The notes: generated from the letters alone by a model not told the origin. Numbered from the stretch's first letter, positions 14,782 through 26,016 are shown. The stretch: 64,000 nucleotides of DNA from Alistipes sp. (GCA_017483225.1 JAFULF010000008.1:50927-114926); one strand, 5' to 3'. A program made the numbers and translations.

Positions 14782-16686
14782 CTACTTGATGGTCAACTGC
14801 TCCTTAAACTTGGCAGGGTAGTTGGTTGTCACACCCTTCAACTTACTCTTGAAGGCAGCATAAGTCTCCATCGTTGCGGCATCGTCGATAGTATAGATGC
14901 TCAACGCTATACCTTCATTAACGTATTTGTTAATCGCTGCTGCCTCTCCGCCGCTACTTACATATTGGTTTATATCGAGATTCTCCCACGTATAACCATA
15001 GTTTTTGAGCGTAGATACGGAGTTATTACCCATTGCTCCGATAGGAATACCCGCCTCCTTGGCATAAGGTATGGCCTGTTTTATCGAATATCCTGTGCAG
15101 ATAAACTCTACCCACGGCTCTGCCTCCATCTCTTTGATAATCTCGCAAGCATACTTGCAAGCATTGGCAACGTAGGTATGTCCCGGCTTTGAACTCGACA
15201 GATAGCAGTTCTTCAAGTCGAGCCAAACCTTGGTACAAGATCCATAGGTCATAGCCTCGGCGAGGTACTCTTGCAAGGTTGGCAACTTCTCGCCATTGGA
15301 GAGTTTATAGTTCTTGCGCAACTCCTCCAAAGTAGATTCCCACGGGTACTTACCATTAATCTTTATATCGCCATCGGCGTGAGCGACAACAATCTGATTA
15401 TCCTTGGTCCAGTAGATATCGGTCTCCGAGGCGTAGCACTTCAAGCTCTTTGCGTAGCGCAGCGAAGCCAGCGAGTTGTCCGGAGTAGATGTTCTGCCCG
15501 CCTCCTTGGAGCCTCCACGGTGTGCCACCACGATATTATCTGCCGCCACAGGTGCTGCTGCCGGAAGCGAGAACTCCCTCTTCAAGTAGGATTGACTGGC
15601 ACCTTCGTCATTGTTCCACGAGGTGATAAGCAGGCGATACTTCACGCCCTGCTGCAAGCCGAGCGTCGAGGTATCGATAGTCACGGCCTCCGTAGCCTTC
15701 TTGCTACCAAAGAGGCTCTGTGCCGTATCCGACGAGACAAACCACTGCATATACGAGGCGTTTTTATTCATCAGCTTAACCAGCTCGTCGTACTTCTCCT
15801 CAGAGACTACCATATAGTAGTATGACCCTATCGAAGAGGATGGTGTGATGGTGATTGAGCCCTTGCCGCTTGGCTTGACGTCGATTGTAACCTCCGGAGT
15901 GTATGGCAGAGCCCCCGGCTTCTCCGACATCACAAGTTCCTTATAGAGGAAGCCTTGGCTGTTCGCCTCGCCAAAGTTTGCCGTATAGCTCTCTCCGCTC
16001 TTGGCATACTCGCCGAAGATGACGTATATAGGTTGTCCCGGCGTAATCTTCGTATTGCCGGAGAGGGTGATATTGAACTCCGAGGTCTTGGTGAGAATAT
16101 TCTTGCCACCCTCCTCGTTAAGCCACCTATCCTCCGTGCCCTCGCCACCGTAGTAGTTGTAGAGGACAACATCTGGCGTGGCATACTTGATGATGCTACC
16201 CGATGCTACACCCTCCGGATAGACAAAGTAGGCCGAGATGGAGCTATACGTCTTATTCATAACGGCAAACTTTTCTACAAGCTTGGTGGAAAACTCCTTA
16301 TGAATAACCGTCTTGACACTCTCCGTGTCGGAGTATCCCACAACATAGAGGTCGTATTTCGTGTTATGGGTTAAACCCTTGATGGTAAGCCTTGTAAGGC
16401 CTGTTGCCGAGCACTTTACAGTGGTACCCTTCGACTTCACATCCTCGACGCTGTACTCCTCGTGCGACACCGACCCGTTCTCCTCAACGATATAGGCCAG
16501 GTTGGTCAGGTTGACGCTCTTGATATTGACCGACACCGAGAGATACGAAGGCGATACGCCTGCGATACTGAGCTCTGTCGTCGATGATTGCTCTCCACCC
16601 TCGCTACCGCCATTATCTGGCTCGCAAGAGGCGAATATGGTTGCCATACCCAGCACGGCAAGCATCATCAAAAAATAGTTTTTCAT
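14782..16686 (-). CDS. surface lipoprotein: FN3-like N-terminal repeats fused to a C-terminal glycerophosphodiester phosphodiesterase (GDPD) domain
   Basis: Lipobox MKNYFLMMLAVLGMATIFASCEPDN. The GDPD signature VVAHRGGSKEAG...ETDIYWTKDNQIVVAHAD sits in the last ~250 aa. Confidence 0.75.
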   Translation of the reverse strand: MKNYFLMMLAVLGMATIFASCEPDNGGSEGGEQSSTTELSIAGVSPSYLSVSVNIKSVNLTNLAYIVEENGSVSHEEYSVEDVKSKGTTVKCSATGLTRLTIKGLTHNTKYDLYVVGYSDTESVKTVIHKEFSTKLVEKFAVMNKTYSSISAYFVYPEGVASGSIIKYATPDVVLYNYYGGEGTEDRWLNEEGGKNILTKTSEFNITLSGNTKITPGQPIYVIFGEYAKSGESYTANFGEANSQGFLYKELVMSEKPGALPYTPEVTIDVKPSGKGSITITPSSSIGSYYYMVVSEEKYDELVKLMNKNASYMQWFVSSDTAQSLFGSKKATEAVTIDTSTLGLQQGVKYRLLITSWNNDEGASQSYLKREFSLPAAAPVAADNIVVAHRGGSKEAGRTSTPDNSLASLRYAKSLKCYASETDIYWTKDNQIVVAHADGDIKINGKYPWESTLEELRKNYKLSNGEKLPTLQEYLAEAMTYGSCTKVWLDLKNCYLSSSKPGHTYVANACKYACEIIKEMEAEPWVEFICTGYSIKQAIPYAKEAGIPIGAMGNNSVSTLKNYGYTWENLDINQYVSSGGEAAAINKYVNEGIALSIYTIDDAATMETYAAFKSKLKGVTTNYPAKFKEQLTIK

Positions 16687-16700
16687 ACTATAAATCTCCT

Positions 16701-18479
16701 CTATTTATTCGTATTGTTGGATACGTTTCTCTTTATATCCTTTATGCGCAACTGCGTCGTAACATTGCCTCGGTAGTGGTTCTCGACAATCTGGTAGCAG
16801 ATGTCGATAGGACGACCCGAGCGTACCCACTCGTAGTGTGTAGGCTGCTGGAAGGCAATGGTCTGTATCGTCGTATTCGGCTTCTGCTTCTGTGTCAAAT
16901 CCATACGCAGGTGCTCCGCATCGGCACCAACCAACTTGGCATCGCCACCATTGGTCACGCCACACGTAGCGAAGACCGGAGCGTTATTGCCCGGACCGAA
17001 AGGTTGGAACTTGTTCAACTCACGATGGAATGCCGGCGTGATATCCGAGAAGAGCAACATAGAGTCGATATCCACCTGCGGAACAAGTATCTGCGGGTTG
17101 ATATTAGCCTCCACATAGTCGTTGAAACGACGTGTGAACTCCTCGACATTCTCCGGACGCATCGTAAGGCCGGCGGCGTACATATGACCACCGAAGTTCT
17201 CCAACAAATCAGAGCAGGACTCAACCGCCTGATAGAGGTCGAAGCCCGGAATCGAGCGTGCCGAGCCGGTAACAAAGCCGTTGCTCATCGTAAGCACCAC
17301 CGTCGGGCGGTAGTAGGTCTCGATAAGGCGTGATGCCACGATACCAACGATACCCTTCATCCACTTCGGATTGTAGATTACGGTGCTTTTGCGCTGTTTG
17401 AGCTCCGGATGGCTCTCGATATAGTCGTGCGCCTCCTGTGTCACGGAGCGGTCAATGCTCTTTCTATCTTGGTTGAACGAGTCTATAACCTCGCCGAACT
17501 CGCTTGCCGCCGTCTCGTCACCCTCCACGAGCAACTTCACCGCAGCATAGCCTCCCGAAGGCACGCCGTTGTCATCCCTCTCATCCATACGCATACGTCC
17601 CGCCGCATTGATACGAGGGCCAATCTTGAAGACGATATCGTCGATGGTTATGTTGTGCTGTTCGAGGTTACAAATCTTGATTATCGACGACAGACCCTCC
17701 GATGGCGATGAGTTGAGAATTTTCAGACCATAGTGGGCCAAAATTCTGTTTTCATCCACCAGCGGCACGATATCCGAGGCGATGCTCACAACCAGAAGGT
17801 CGAGCAGCGACACTATCTCGCTGAACGGAATATTGTGCTTCTGGGCATAAGCCTGCACAAGCTTGAAACCAACTCCACATCCCGACAACTCGTCAAAAGG
17901 ATAGGTGCAATCCGTGCGTTTCGGATCGAGAACGGCTACGGCACGAGGAATCTCCTCGGCCGGAAAGTGATGGTCGCAGATTATAAAATCTACCCCTTTC
18001 TCTGTTGCATAGTCCACTTTTTCGACCGCCTTGATACCGCAATCCAATGCGATTATCAACTTCACACCCTTACGATGGGCGATGTCGATACCCCTATGCG
18101 AAATACCGTAACCTTCGGTATAACGGTCGGGGATGTAGAACATCAGGTTCTTATGACCGATTTGGCGCAGAAATTTGTAAACCAACGCAACGGCTGTTGT
18201 GCCATCCACGTCGTAGTCGCCGTAAACCATAATCTTTTCGCCACGCTCGACTGCCTCCTCAACTCGCTTCACGGCACGCTCCATATCCTTCATAAGGAAT
18301 GGGTCGTGCAGGTCCTGCAACTGCGGATTAAAAAACTTCTTTACCTTTTCTACTGTGTCTATGCCTCTTTGTACCAACAGGTTAGCCAATACCGGAGAAA
18401 TCTTCATTACCGATGCAATGTGTGCTACGGTTTGAGGATTGCCCTGGGCCTTGACCTCCCATCTTTTCTCAATAGGCAT
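16701..18479 (-). CDS. recJ: single-stranded-DNA-specific exonuclease RecJ
   Basis: DHH motifs (VYGDYDVDGTT, ALDCG, ICDHH) and the DHHA1 motif GGHMYAAG. Confidence 0.92.
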   Translation of the reverse strand: MPIEKRWEVKAQGNPQTVAHIASVMKISPVLANLLVQRGIDTVEKVKKFFNPQLQDLHDPFLMKDMERAVKRVEEAVERGEKIMVYGDYDVDGTTAVALVYKFLRQIGHKNLMFYIPDRYTEGYGISHRGIDIAHRKGVKLIIALDCGIKAVEKVDYATEKGVDFIICDHHFPAEEIPRAVAVLDPKRTDCTYPFDELSGCGVGFKLVQAYAQKHNIPFSEIVSLLDLLVVSIASDIVPLVDENRILAHYGLKILNSSPSEGLSSIIKICNLEQHNITIDDIVFKIGPRINAAGRMRMDERDDNGVPSGGYAAVKLLVEGDETAASEFGEVIDSFNQDRKSIDRSVTQEAHDYIESHPELKQRKSTVIYNPKWMKGIVGIVASRLIETYYRPTVVLTMSNGFVTGSARSIPGFDLYQAVESCSDLLENFGGHMYAAGLTMRPENVEEFTRRFNDYVEANINPQILVPQVDIDSMLLFSDITPAFHRELNKFQPFGPGNNAPVFATCGVTNGGDAKLVGADAEHLRMDLTQKQKPNTTIQTIAFQQPTHYEWVRSGRPIDICYQIVENHYRGNVTTQLRIKDIKRNVSNNTNK

Positions 18480-18572
18480 ACTCTCTTATTTTTTATTTAT
18501 TTTTTTATATTTTTTTTTCATCACATCATACGGTCTGCAACACAGTGCAGACAACCCATCTTTTTGTTCGCC

Positions 18573-19274
18573 TTACTTCAATTCCGCACCAAGCAGAGCG
18601 ACAAGTTTTTCGAGCAGAATACCCTTAACCTGCTCTATATCTATACTTTTACCGCACTCCTTCTCGATGGATGTCACACCCTTGTCGATAAATCCGCAAG
18701 GGTTTATCATCGAGAACCAACGCAACTCTGTTGCCACGTTGAGTGCAAAACCGTGCATCGTAACAAAATGTGATGCACGAACACCTATGGCGCATATCTT
18801 TCGCCAATTATGCGCCTCTCCGTTCTCGTCTCTGTCGCAAATCCATACACCCGTAGCACCATCCAGACGCTCGGCACGGATGCCGTAACAAGATACGGTA
18901 TCAATGACTGCCTGTTCGAGGATTTCGACGTAACGACGAACTCCTATGCCAAGCTTCGCAATATCGAGAATCGGATAACCAACGATTTGTCCGGGGCCGT
19001 GAAATGTGATATCCCCACCTCGGTCTATATGGAAAAACTCCGCACCGAGAACTTTGAGATACTGCTCGTTGATGAGCATATTCGACTCATTGCCGCTCCT
19101 TCCCAAGGTATATACAGGATTGTGCTCCACAAAGAGTATGGTACCACCATCCTCACGAGCGCTCTCGTCCTTCTGACGTGCGAGAACCTCGTCGAAGAGT
19201 TGCTGCTGGTACTCCCAACACTCCTTGTAGGCCATTGTGCCCAAATCCCTGTATCCGACTTTCATATCATTCAA
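18573..19274 (-). CDS. lipB: lipoyl(octanoyl) transferase
   Basis: Motifs RGGDITFHGPGQIVGYPI and KICAIGV. Confidence 0.88.
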   Translation of the reverse strand: MNDMKVGYRDLGTMAYKECWEYQQQLFDEVLARQKDESAREDGGTILFVEHNPVYTLGRSGNESNMLINEQYLKVLGAEFFHIDRGGDITFHGPGQIVGYPILDIAKLGIGVRRYVEILEQAVIDTVSCYGIRAERLDGATGVWICDRDENGEAHNWRKICAIGVRASHFVTMHGFALNVATELRWFSMINPCGFIDKGVTSIEKECGKSIDIEQVKGILLEKLVALLGAELK

Positions 19275-19328
19275 TGCACTTTTGGGTGCATAATTCTCTA
19301 TCGTGTCGGAGTCGGTTGGAGCGATACG

Positions 19329-20207
19329 CTACGCCTTGATTGCCTTCAACGCCTCATCTGCCAGATAAGAGGAGCGCACAAGCGGCGCACTGGCGCAGAA
19401 GTCGAAGCCAATCTCAACGGCTTTGAGTCGGTACTTTTCAAAGGTTTCAGGGGTGACATATTCCGCAACGGGAACGTGCTCCTGTGTCGGTTGAAGGTAC
19501 TGACCGATGGTCACCAGCCTTACGCCTGCATCATACAGGTCGTGCAGCGTCTGAACCACCTCCGTCTCACTCTCACCGAGTCCCACCATCAGTCCGCTCT
19601 TTACCGTCACACCACGGGATGCCATATATCGCAACGTAGCCAGAGAGTTGGCGTAGGTTGCTCGTGTACGCACCAGAGGTGTCAGGCGGCTGACAGTCTC
19701 GATGTTATGCCCGATAATATCGGGCTTGGAGGCAATCACAACATCTAACAATGCAGGATTTGCATCCAAATCGGAAATAAGGAGCTCAATTGTTGCGGAT
19801 GAATTCTTCGCTCTGATAGCCTCGACCGTCGCTGCCCAGTGGGCGGCTCCACGGTCCGGCAAATCGTCACGAGTTACAGAAGTTACTACAACGTGCCGAA
19901 GTCCCATCAGGCTGACGCTCTCGGCGACCTTCTCCGGCTCGCTTGCGTCAGGTGGCAAAGGATGTCCCGTCTTTGTAGCACAGAAACGACAATTTCTCGT
20001 ACAAATGTCGCCCAAAATCATAAATGTTGCCGTCCTGCGACTCCAACACTCCGATTTATTCGGACATCTTCCGCTGCTGCAAATTGTATGCAACGAATGT
20101 CTGCTTACAATACGCTCAACCTCCGCAAAAGTATCACTTTTGTGGAGTCGTATTTTCAACCAATCCGGTTTACGTATCGGCACACCGCCGTCATACAACT
20201 TCGGCAT
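19329..20207 (-). CDS. lipA: lipoyl synthase
   Basis: Auxiliary cluster CSSGRCPNKSEC and radical-SAM cluster CTRNCRFC. Confidence 0.92.
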   Translation of the reverse strand: MPKLYDGGVPIRKPDWLKIRLHKSDTFAEVERIVSRHSLHTICSSGRCPNKSECWSRRTATFMILGDICTRNCRFCATKTGHPLPPDASEPEKVAESVSLMGLRHVVVTSVTRDDLPDRGAAHWAATVEAIRAKNSSATIELLISDLDANPALLDVVIASKPDIIGHNIETVSRLTPLVRTRATYANSLATLRYMASRGVTVKSGLMVGLGESETEVVQTLHDLYDAGVRLVTIGQYLQPTQEHVPVAEYVTPETFEKYRLKAVEIGFDFCASAPLVRSSYLADEALKAIKA

Positions 20208-20333
20208 TTTAAGTTCTTATTTTCCCAATTGATGCAAAGATACATAAAATTAAAAGAAAGAAGAAAAAAATCTCTATTTTTTTATTAAGGAGGGGTCAAA
20301 AAGTCCAATAGTGCCAAAACTTACGGGGCATTG

Positions 20334-20382
20334 TATAAAAAATTGGGTAGAACACCTCCCGCAATCGGAGAGTATTCTACCC
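20334..20382 (-). terminator. intrinsic terminator after nadA
   Basis: On the - strand: GGGTAGAATACTCTCCGATTGCGGGAGGTGTTCTACCC followed by AATTTTTT. Confidence 0.7.
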
Positions 20383-20412
20383 AAGAATATCTATACCTAA
20401 AAGGTTAAAAAA

Positions 20413-21351
20413 CTACTTCACGGCAACCATATTGATAATAGACCTCTCGGCAGCACGGCGCACCGACTCCTCCATAACAATCTCCGGCGACTCACTCTCC
20501 AAGCAGCGCACGATGCTCTCCAACGTCACCATCTTCATATAGCGGCACTCGTTACAACCGCAAGTTGAATCGACAGGAGGTGCCGGAATAAAGCTCTTCT
20601 GCGGATAACGCTTGCGCATCTCTGCCAGAATACCCGCCTCCGTGACCACGATAAACTCCTGCGCCTCGCTCCGGCCGCAATACTCCAAGATGCCCGCCGT
20701 GGAGCCTACATAGTCGGCAACGGCAGCCACCACAGCCTTACACTCGGGGTGTACGACAATCTTCGCCTGCGGATGTGCGGCACGCAACTCCAAAATCTTC
20801 TCCAACGAGAACTCCTCGTGCACGTGACAGGCACCATCCCAGAGCACCATATTATCCCTACCCGTAAGTTTTTGGATATAGGAGCCGAGGTTTCTATCGG
20901 GAGCGAAGATTATAGGCTGCTCCGCAGGGATGCTCTCCACCACCTGCAAGGCGTTGGAGGAGGTGCAGCATATATCGGTCAGAGCCTTAACACCTACGGT
21001 GGTATTCACATACGAAACGACCATATGCCCGGGGTACTTCGCCTTGAAAGCCGCAAACTCCGCAGCATCACACGACTCCGCCAGCGAGCAACCCGCCTCC
21101 GGATTAGGTATAAGAACCTTCTTGTCGGGCGAGAGCACCTTTGCCGTCTCCGCCATAAAGTGAACGCCGGCAAAGAGGATTATATCGGCATCGACATCCT
21201 TCGCCTTCACCGACAGAGCCAATGAGTCGCCGAGGAAGTCGGCTACACCCTGCACCTCCGGCGTTGTATAGTAGTGCGCCAGAATGACTGCATTCTTTTC
21301 TCGTTTGAGTTCTTCGATTCGCTTGACCAAAGATTGCGAGTTATCAACCAT
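20413..21351 (-). CDS. nadA: quinolinate synthase
   Basis: 312 aa with typical NadA blocks: ILAHYY, GDSL.LS, VHFMAETAK, HPEC. Confidence 0.9.
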   Translation of the reverse strand: MVDNSQSLVKRIEELKREKNAVILAHYYTTPEVQGVADFLGDSLALSVKAKDVDADIILFAGVHFMAETAKVLSPDKKVLIPNPEAGCSLAESCDAAEFAAFKAKYPGHMVVSYVNTTVGVKALTDICCTSSNALQVVESIPAEQPIIFAPDRNLGSYIQKLTGRDNMVLWDGACHVHEEFSLEKILELRAAHPQAKIVVHPECKAVVAAVADYVGSTAGILEYCGRSEAQEFIVVTEAGILAEMRKRYPQKSFIPAPPVDSTCGCNECRYMKMVTLESIVRCLESESPEIVMEESVRRAAERSIINMVAVK

Positions 21352-21704
21352 ACTTTTTATTTTTTATAAAATTATTCTTAATTAAATATTAAATAAAAAA
21401 ATTAAATAATAATAAAGGCTGTTGAAACTGTTGGTAACTTTTTCCAAAAATATTTTTAGACAACCGCTCTCCGCCTTCCCCCCTCTCCGTATAAGTTGTA
21501 ATAGGCTGTTAGTTATGGTAAAAATTATATTTTTCAACAGATGTGTAAAACCATTTTTAACAAATAAACACCCATTTTTTATCAACATTCATCGCTCGAA
21601 AAATCTTAATAACAAGCCGAGATTTTGTTGATACTTTTTACAACTTTCGCTTTTGTCGAAAAAGCGGCGAGTTATTAAAAGTTATCCTCCGTCTTTCAAC
21701 ACCT

Positions 21705-22766
21705 TTACCACATCTTTTCAACAACTTTTTGCGCCGTCTGTCGATAATACTCTTCGACCACGCTGTCTGTTTTAGTGGCCGGCAAACCGTTGTCACTACC
21801 ACTCATAATTGATTGAAATATAGGTATTTGGCCCAATAAGTCAATACCTGCCTGTTCGGCATAACGCTCGGCGCCGCCCTTGCCGAAGATGTAGTATCTG
21901 TTTTGTGGCAACTCGGCCGGCGTGAACCACGCCATATTCTCCACAACACCGAGTACGGGGATGTTTACATTCGGGTTTCTGAACATCTCGACACCTCGCA
22001 CAACATCCGCAACAGCAACCTGCTGAGGGGTTGATACGATGACCGCTCCGTCGATGCTCAGTTCCGAAATTATTGACAGATGTATGTCGCCCGTTCCGGG
22101 AGGGAGGTCGATGAGCAAAAAGTCCAATTCACCCCACTTTGTCTGGTGGATAAGTTGGCGTAATGCGCTGTTTGCCATAGTGCCACGCCAGAGCAGAGCA
22201 TCTGTCGGACGGATAAACATCGCTATCGAAATAATCTTCACATTGCCCACCTCGGCAGGGATGATATAGTCGTTGCCGTCGATATTCTCGGCATCCGGCA
22301 GGTAATCCTCCACGCCGAACATCTTCGCCTGCGAAGGGCCGTAGATATCGGCATCCAGAACACCCACACGATAGCCCATATTTGCCAGAGCAACCGCAAG
22401 GTTGGAGGTTACGGTAGATTTACCCACACCGCCCTTACCGGAGGCTACGGCTATAACCTTGCCGATGGCGGTCGTGGTGCTGTTCTTGTGCATAGCCTCT
22501 ATCTGTGCATCACGCTTCGCCTTCGTATTCTCGCCCTCCTTGATAAAGACTGTCGTGGTGCTCGTCGGGTAATTCTTTCGCAGCACCTCCTCGACACGTG
22601 CCTTTATCTTTAAGGCAAAGGGGTCCTTGGCCTTGCGGAAGCGCAGTGCCACGGTAATCTTATCCTCCGAGGCGTTGATGCTCTCAACGAAGCCTCCATC
22701 TACGAGATTTTCGCCCGTCTCGGGGTGAGAAATACTCCGTAAAAACTCTCTGATATCGTATTCCAT
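21705..22766 (-). CDS. Mrp/NBP35-family iron-sulfur cluster carrier ATPase (ApbC-like) with N-terminal DUF59-like domain
   Basis: Deviant Walker A ASGKGGVGKSTV, and MAWF...CP-less variant typical of Bacteroidetes Mrp. Confidence 0.85.
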   Translation of the reverse strand: MEYDIREFLRSISHPETGENLVDGGFVESINASEDKITVALRFRKAKDPFALKIKARVEEVLRKNYPTSTTTVFIKEGENTKAKRDAQIEAMHKNSTTTAIGKVIAVASGKGGVGKSTVTSNLAVALANMGYRVGVLDADIYGPSQAKMFGVEDYLPDAENIDGNDYIIPAEVGNVKIISIAMFIRPTDALLWRGTMANSALRQLIHQTKWGELDFLLIDLPPGTGDIHLSIISELSIDGAVIVSTPQQVAVADVVRGVEMFRNPNVNIPVLGVVENMAWFTPAELPQNRYYIFGKGGAERYAEQAGIDLLGQIPIFQSIMSGSDNGLPATKTDSVVEEYYRQTAQKVVEKMW

Positions 22767-22822
22767 ACTCGGATAAATAGTTCAATTATTAGGCAAAGAT
22801 AGCAAAAACCAAAAAAAATAGA

Positions 22823-22830
22823 TAACTTTG
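22823..22830 (+). promoter_or_regulatory. candidate -7 box (TAACTTTG) upstream of metG
   Basis: Exact TAnnTTTG match, 40 nt before the ATG at 22870. Confidence 0.35.
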
Positions 22831-22869
22831 CGCCTAATAAATAAAGGTATAACGAAAAAGGCTTATAAA

Positions 22870-24906
22870 ATGGCGAAAGAATTCAAAAGATATTTGGTGA
22901 CCTCTGCGCTCCCTTACGCTAACGGTCCGGTGCATATCGGCCACTTGGCAGGAGTATATGTTCCGTCGGATATATATGTGCGCTATCTGCGTCTGCGAGG
23001 TCGTGATGTAATCTCTGTCTGCGGTAGCGACGAGCACGGCGTGCCTATCACTATCAAGGCAAAACGTGAGGGTATCACCCCACAACAGGTCGTGGACCGT
23101 TATCACGAGATTATCAAGAAGTCGTTTGCCGACCTCGGCATCTCGTTCGATATCTACTCCCGCACCTCTTCGCCAACCCACTCGGTTACGGCTTCGGATT
23201 TCTTCCGCAAGTTGTACGATGAGGGCAAGTTCATAGAGCAAACTTCGGAGCAGTATTACGACGAGGAGGCAAAGATGTTCCTCGCCGACCGATATATTAT
23301 GGGTACCTGCCCAAAGTGCGGTGCCGAGCGTGCCTATGGCGACCAGTGTGAGGCTTGTGGCTCCACACTCTCGCCCGACGAACTTATTGAGCCACACTCG
23401 ACACTCTCGGGAAGCGTGCCTATAAAGAAGCAGACCACACACTGGTATCTGCCTCTGAATGAGTACGAAACGATGCTTCGTGAGTGGATTTTGGATGGTC
23501 ACAAGGAGTGGAAGTCCAACGTCTATGGCCAGTGCAAGAGTTGGCTTGACGGAGGGTTGCAGCCTCGTGCCGTGAGCCGTGATTTGGATTGGGGTATTCC
23601 TGTGCCGGTAGAGGGTGCCGAGGGTAAGGTCCTCTACGTATGGTTTGATGCTCCTATTGGCTATATATCTGCTACAAAGGACCTTACGCCCGATTGGGAG
23701 AAGTATTGGAAGGATGAGCAAACCAAGCTGGTTCACTTTATCGGCAAGGACAACATCGTATTCCACTGCATCGTATTCCCTTCGATGCTCAAAGCGCACG
23801 GCGGCTATATCTTGCCGGAGAATGTGCCATCAAACGAGTTTCTGAACTTGGAGGGCGACAAAATCTCGACCTCTCGTAACTGGGCGGTATGGTTGCACGA
23901 GTATTTGGAGGATATGCCGGGCAAGGAGGATGTTTTGCGATATGTCTTGTGTGCAAATGCGCCGGAGACCAAGGATAACGACTTCACGTGGAAGGATTAT
24001 CAGGCACGCAACAACAACGAGTTGGTTGCCGTGCTGGGTAACTTTGTAAACCGTGCACTGGTGCTGACCAAGAAGTACTACGAGGGTGTTGTTCCTGCGT
24101 GTGGCGAGTTGAGCGACTACGACAAGCAGACCATCGAGGAGTTGTCACAGATAAAGGCTTCGCTCGAAAACAATATCGAGAATTACCGCTTCCGTGAGGC
24201 GTTGAAGGATGCGATGAACTTCGCACGTATCGGCAATAAGTACCTTGCCGACTCCGAGCCTTGGAAGTTGATAAAGACTGATACAGAGAGAGTTAAGACT
24301 ATTCTCAACATCGCTCTGCAAATCACGGCAAACATAGCTATTGCCATTGAGCCGTTTATGCCGTTCTCGGCTGCGAAGATTCTTCGTATGCTTGCTGTCG
24401 AGAAGTTTGGTTGGGAGCAGCTCGGTGCTATGACGCTCATTGAGGAGGGTCACACCATCGGCGAGCCGTCGTTGCTCTTCGAGAAGATTGAGGATGATGT
24501 TATCCAGCGACAGCTCGATAAGTTGGAGGCTACCAAGGCTGCAAATGCCGCTGCGGAGGTCAAGACAGAGCCACAGAAGGCGGAGTGTACATACGACGAC
24601 TTCCAGAAGATGGATATCCGAGTATCTACGATTATCGAGGCCGAGAAGGTCGCAAAGACGAAGAAGTTGCTCAAACTTACCGTTGATACGGGTATAGATA
24701 AGCGCACTATTGTGTCGGGTATTGCCGAGCACTTTACGCCGGAGGAGCTTGTGGGCAAGCAGGTTTTGGTGCTTGTGAATCTTCAACCTCGTGAGTTGAA
24801 GGGAATCTTGTCGCAGGGTATGATTCTTATGGCGGAGGATGCATCCGGAAAGTTGCGATTGTTGCAGCCTTCGGAGGCAGTTGCTCCGGGTTCGATGGTT
24901 GGATAG
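22870..24906 (+). CDS. metG: methionine--tRNA ligase
   Basis: Start trimmed to [25 protein letters not shown] (HIGH motif). Also a KISTS (KMSKS-type) motif, zinc knuckle CPKCG...CEACG, and a C-terminal tRNA-binding (EMAP-like) domain. Confidence 0.93.
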   Translation: MAKEFKRYLVTSALPYANGPVHIGHLAGVYVPSDIYVRYLRLRGRDVISVCGSDEHGVPITIKAKREGITPQQVVDRYHEIIKKSFADLGISFDIYSRTSSPTHSVTASDFFRKLYDEGKFIEQTSEQYYDEEAKMFLADRYIMGTCPKCGAERAYGDQCEACGSTLSPDELIEPHSTLSGSVPIKKQTTHWYLPLNEYETMLREWILDGHKEWKSNVYGQCKSWLDGGLQPRAVSRDLDWGIPVPVEGAEGKVLYVWFDAPIGYISATKDLTPDWEKYWKDEQTKLVHFIGKDNIVFHCIVFPSMLKAHGGYILPENVPSNEFLNLEGDKISTSRNWAVWLHEYLEDMPGKEDVLRYVLCANAPETKDNDFTWKDYQARNNNELVAVLGNFVNRALVLTKKYYEGVVPACGELSDYDKQTIEELSQIKASLENNIENYRFREALKDAMNFARIGNKYLADSEPWKLIKTDTERVKTILNIALQITANIAIAIEPFMPFSAAKILRMLAVEKFGWEQLGAMTLIEEGHTIGEPSLLFEKIEDDVIQRQLDKLEATKAANAAAEVKTEPQKAECTYDDFQKMDIRVSTIIEAEKVAKTKKLLKLTVDTGIDKRTIVSGIAEHFTPEELVGKQVLVLVNLQPRELKGILSQGMILMAEDASGKLRLLQPSEAVAPGSMVG

Positions 24907-24921
24907 TTCCACGTGGAACAC
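24906..24921. repeat. GTTCCACGTGGAACAC 16-mer (14-bp perfect palindrome), copy 1
   Basis: Overlaps the last base of the metG stop codon. An identical 16-mer occurs at 26023-26038. Confidence 0.9.
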
Positions 24922-24928
24922 GTTTAGG

Positions 24929-24974
24929 CGCAGGGACAACCGGTTGCTTTTCAGGCGGTTGCCCTGCGTTGCTT
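24929..24974 (+). terminator. intrinsic terminator after metG
   Basis: CGCAGGGACAACCG...CGGTTGCCCTGCG stem (one bulged A) followed by TTGCTT. Confidence 0.6.
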
Positions 24975-24987
24975 ATGAGAGAAGAAA

Positions 24988-25995
24988 ATGAATTGGAGTG
25001 AGTTAGGTTTTAATTTCAATAGGACCGGAGGCGAGAATGCCCGCCTATACTATAAGGATGGCGTGTGGAGTGCTCCGGAGTTTACTACCGACGAGTATCT
25101 GCCGATACATATCTCGGCAGCCTGCCTTCACTATGGCTTGGAGGCCTTCGAGGGGTTGAAGGCATTTAGGGGTGTGGATGGCAAGGTTCGTCTTTTCAGA
25201 CCATCCGCAAATGCCTATCGTATGGCTTGTGGCGCACGCAAGTTGTGTCTGCCGGAGGTGCCGGAGCAGCTCTTTGTAGATACCTGTGTGGAGATTGTTC
25301 GACGAAATATGGAGTTTGTGCCTCCATACGAGTCGAGAGCAGCTCTCTATTTGCGACCTCTGCTTATCGGCACAAAACCTTGTCTGGGTGTTCGTAGCGT
25401 TGATGAGGCTATGTTTGTGGTCTTTGCTGTTCCCGTTGGGCCATATTTTAAGGAGGGTATCCACCCTATAAATGTGATTGTGGATAGACGACAAGATAGG
25501 GCCGCTCCGCTCGGAACGGGCGATGTGAAGGTCGGTGGCAACTATGCTTCGAGTATGTTGTCGTTTGAAAATGCTCATAATCAAGGTTTTGCAGCGGTGA
25601 TGTACACCGACTCGGTTGAGCATCGCTATATTGAGGAGTGTGGTGCAGCAAACTTTTTCGCCATCAAGGGCGATAAGTATATTACGCCGAAGTCGCCGTC
25701 GATACTCCCCTCCATCACCAACGGCTCGCTGCGTATATTGGCATCAGATATGGGTCTGATTGTCGAGGAGCGACCTGTGGATATTGCCGAATTGCCTACA
25801 TTTGATGAGTGTGGTGCTTGTGGTACGGGGGCAGTTATCTCCCCTATCGGAATGGTTTATGACCTTCAAACCGGCGAAACCGTGCACTATGGCTCGGAGG
25901 TTGGCAAGGTGTCGGTGGCTCTGTATAATGCTCTGAAAGATATACAGTATGGTAGAACGCAAGATTGTTACGGCTGGACGTTAATCGTTGAGTAG
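24988..25995 (+). CDS. ilvE: branched-chain amino acid aminotransferase (class IV)
   Basis: 335 aa. LHYGLEAFEGLKAF, the lysine-region motif GDVKVGGNYASS and EECGAANFF are typical of IlvE. Confidence 0.88.
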   Translation: MNWSELGFNFNRTGGENARLYYKDGVWSAPEFTTDEYLPIHISAACLHYGLEAFEGLKAFRGVDGKVRLFRPSANAYRMACGARKLCLPEVPEQLFVDTCVEIVRRNMEFVPPYESRAALYLRPLLIGTKPCLGVRSVDEAMFVVFAVPVGPYFKEGIHPINVIVDRRQDRAAPLGTGDVKVGGNYASSMLSFENAHNQGFAAVMYTDSVEHRYIEECGAANFFAIKGDKYITPKSPSILPSITNGSLRILASDMGLIVEERPVDIAELPTFDECGACGTGAVISPIGMVYDLQTGETVHYGSEVGKVSVALYNALKDIQYGRTQDCYGWTLIVE

Positions 25996-26016
25996 CAATG
26001 ATTTATATGTGAGAAT

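Noticed and set aside
21382-21631. Small ORFs (68 and 69 aa) in the AT-rich spacer upstream of nadA
   Set aside because: They are low-complexity Asn/Ile/Phe/Lys-rich translations of AT-rich DNA on both strands. They have no start context or motifs.
20208-22869. Riboswitches upstream of nadA, lipA or metG
   Set aside because: I could not identify the conserved cores of NAD+, SAM, T-box or other known classes by eye. Only a covariance-model scan could settle this.
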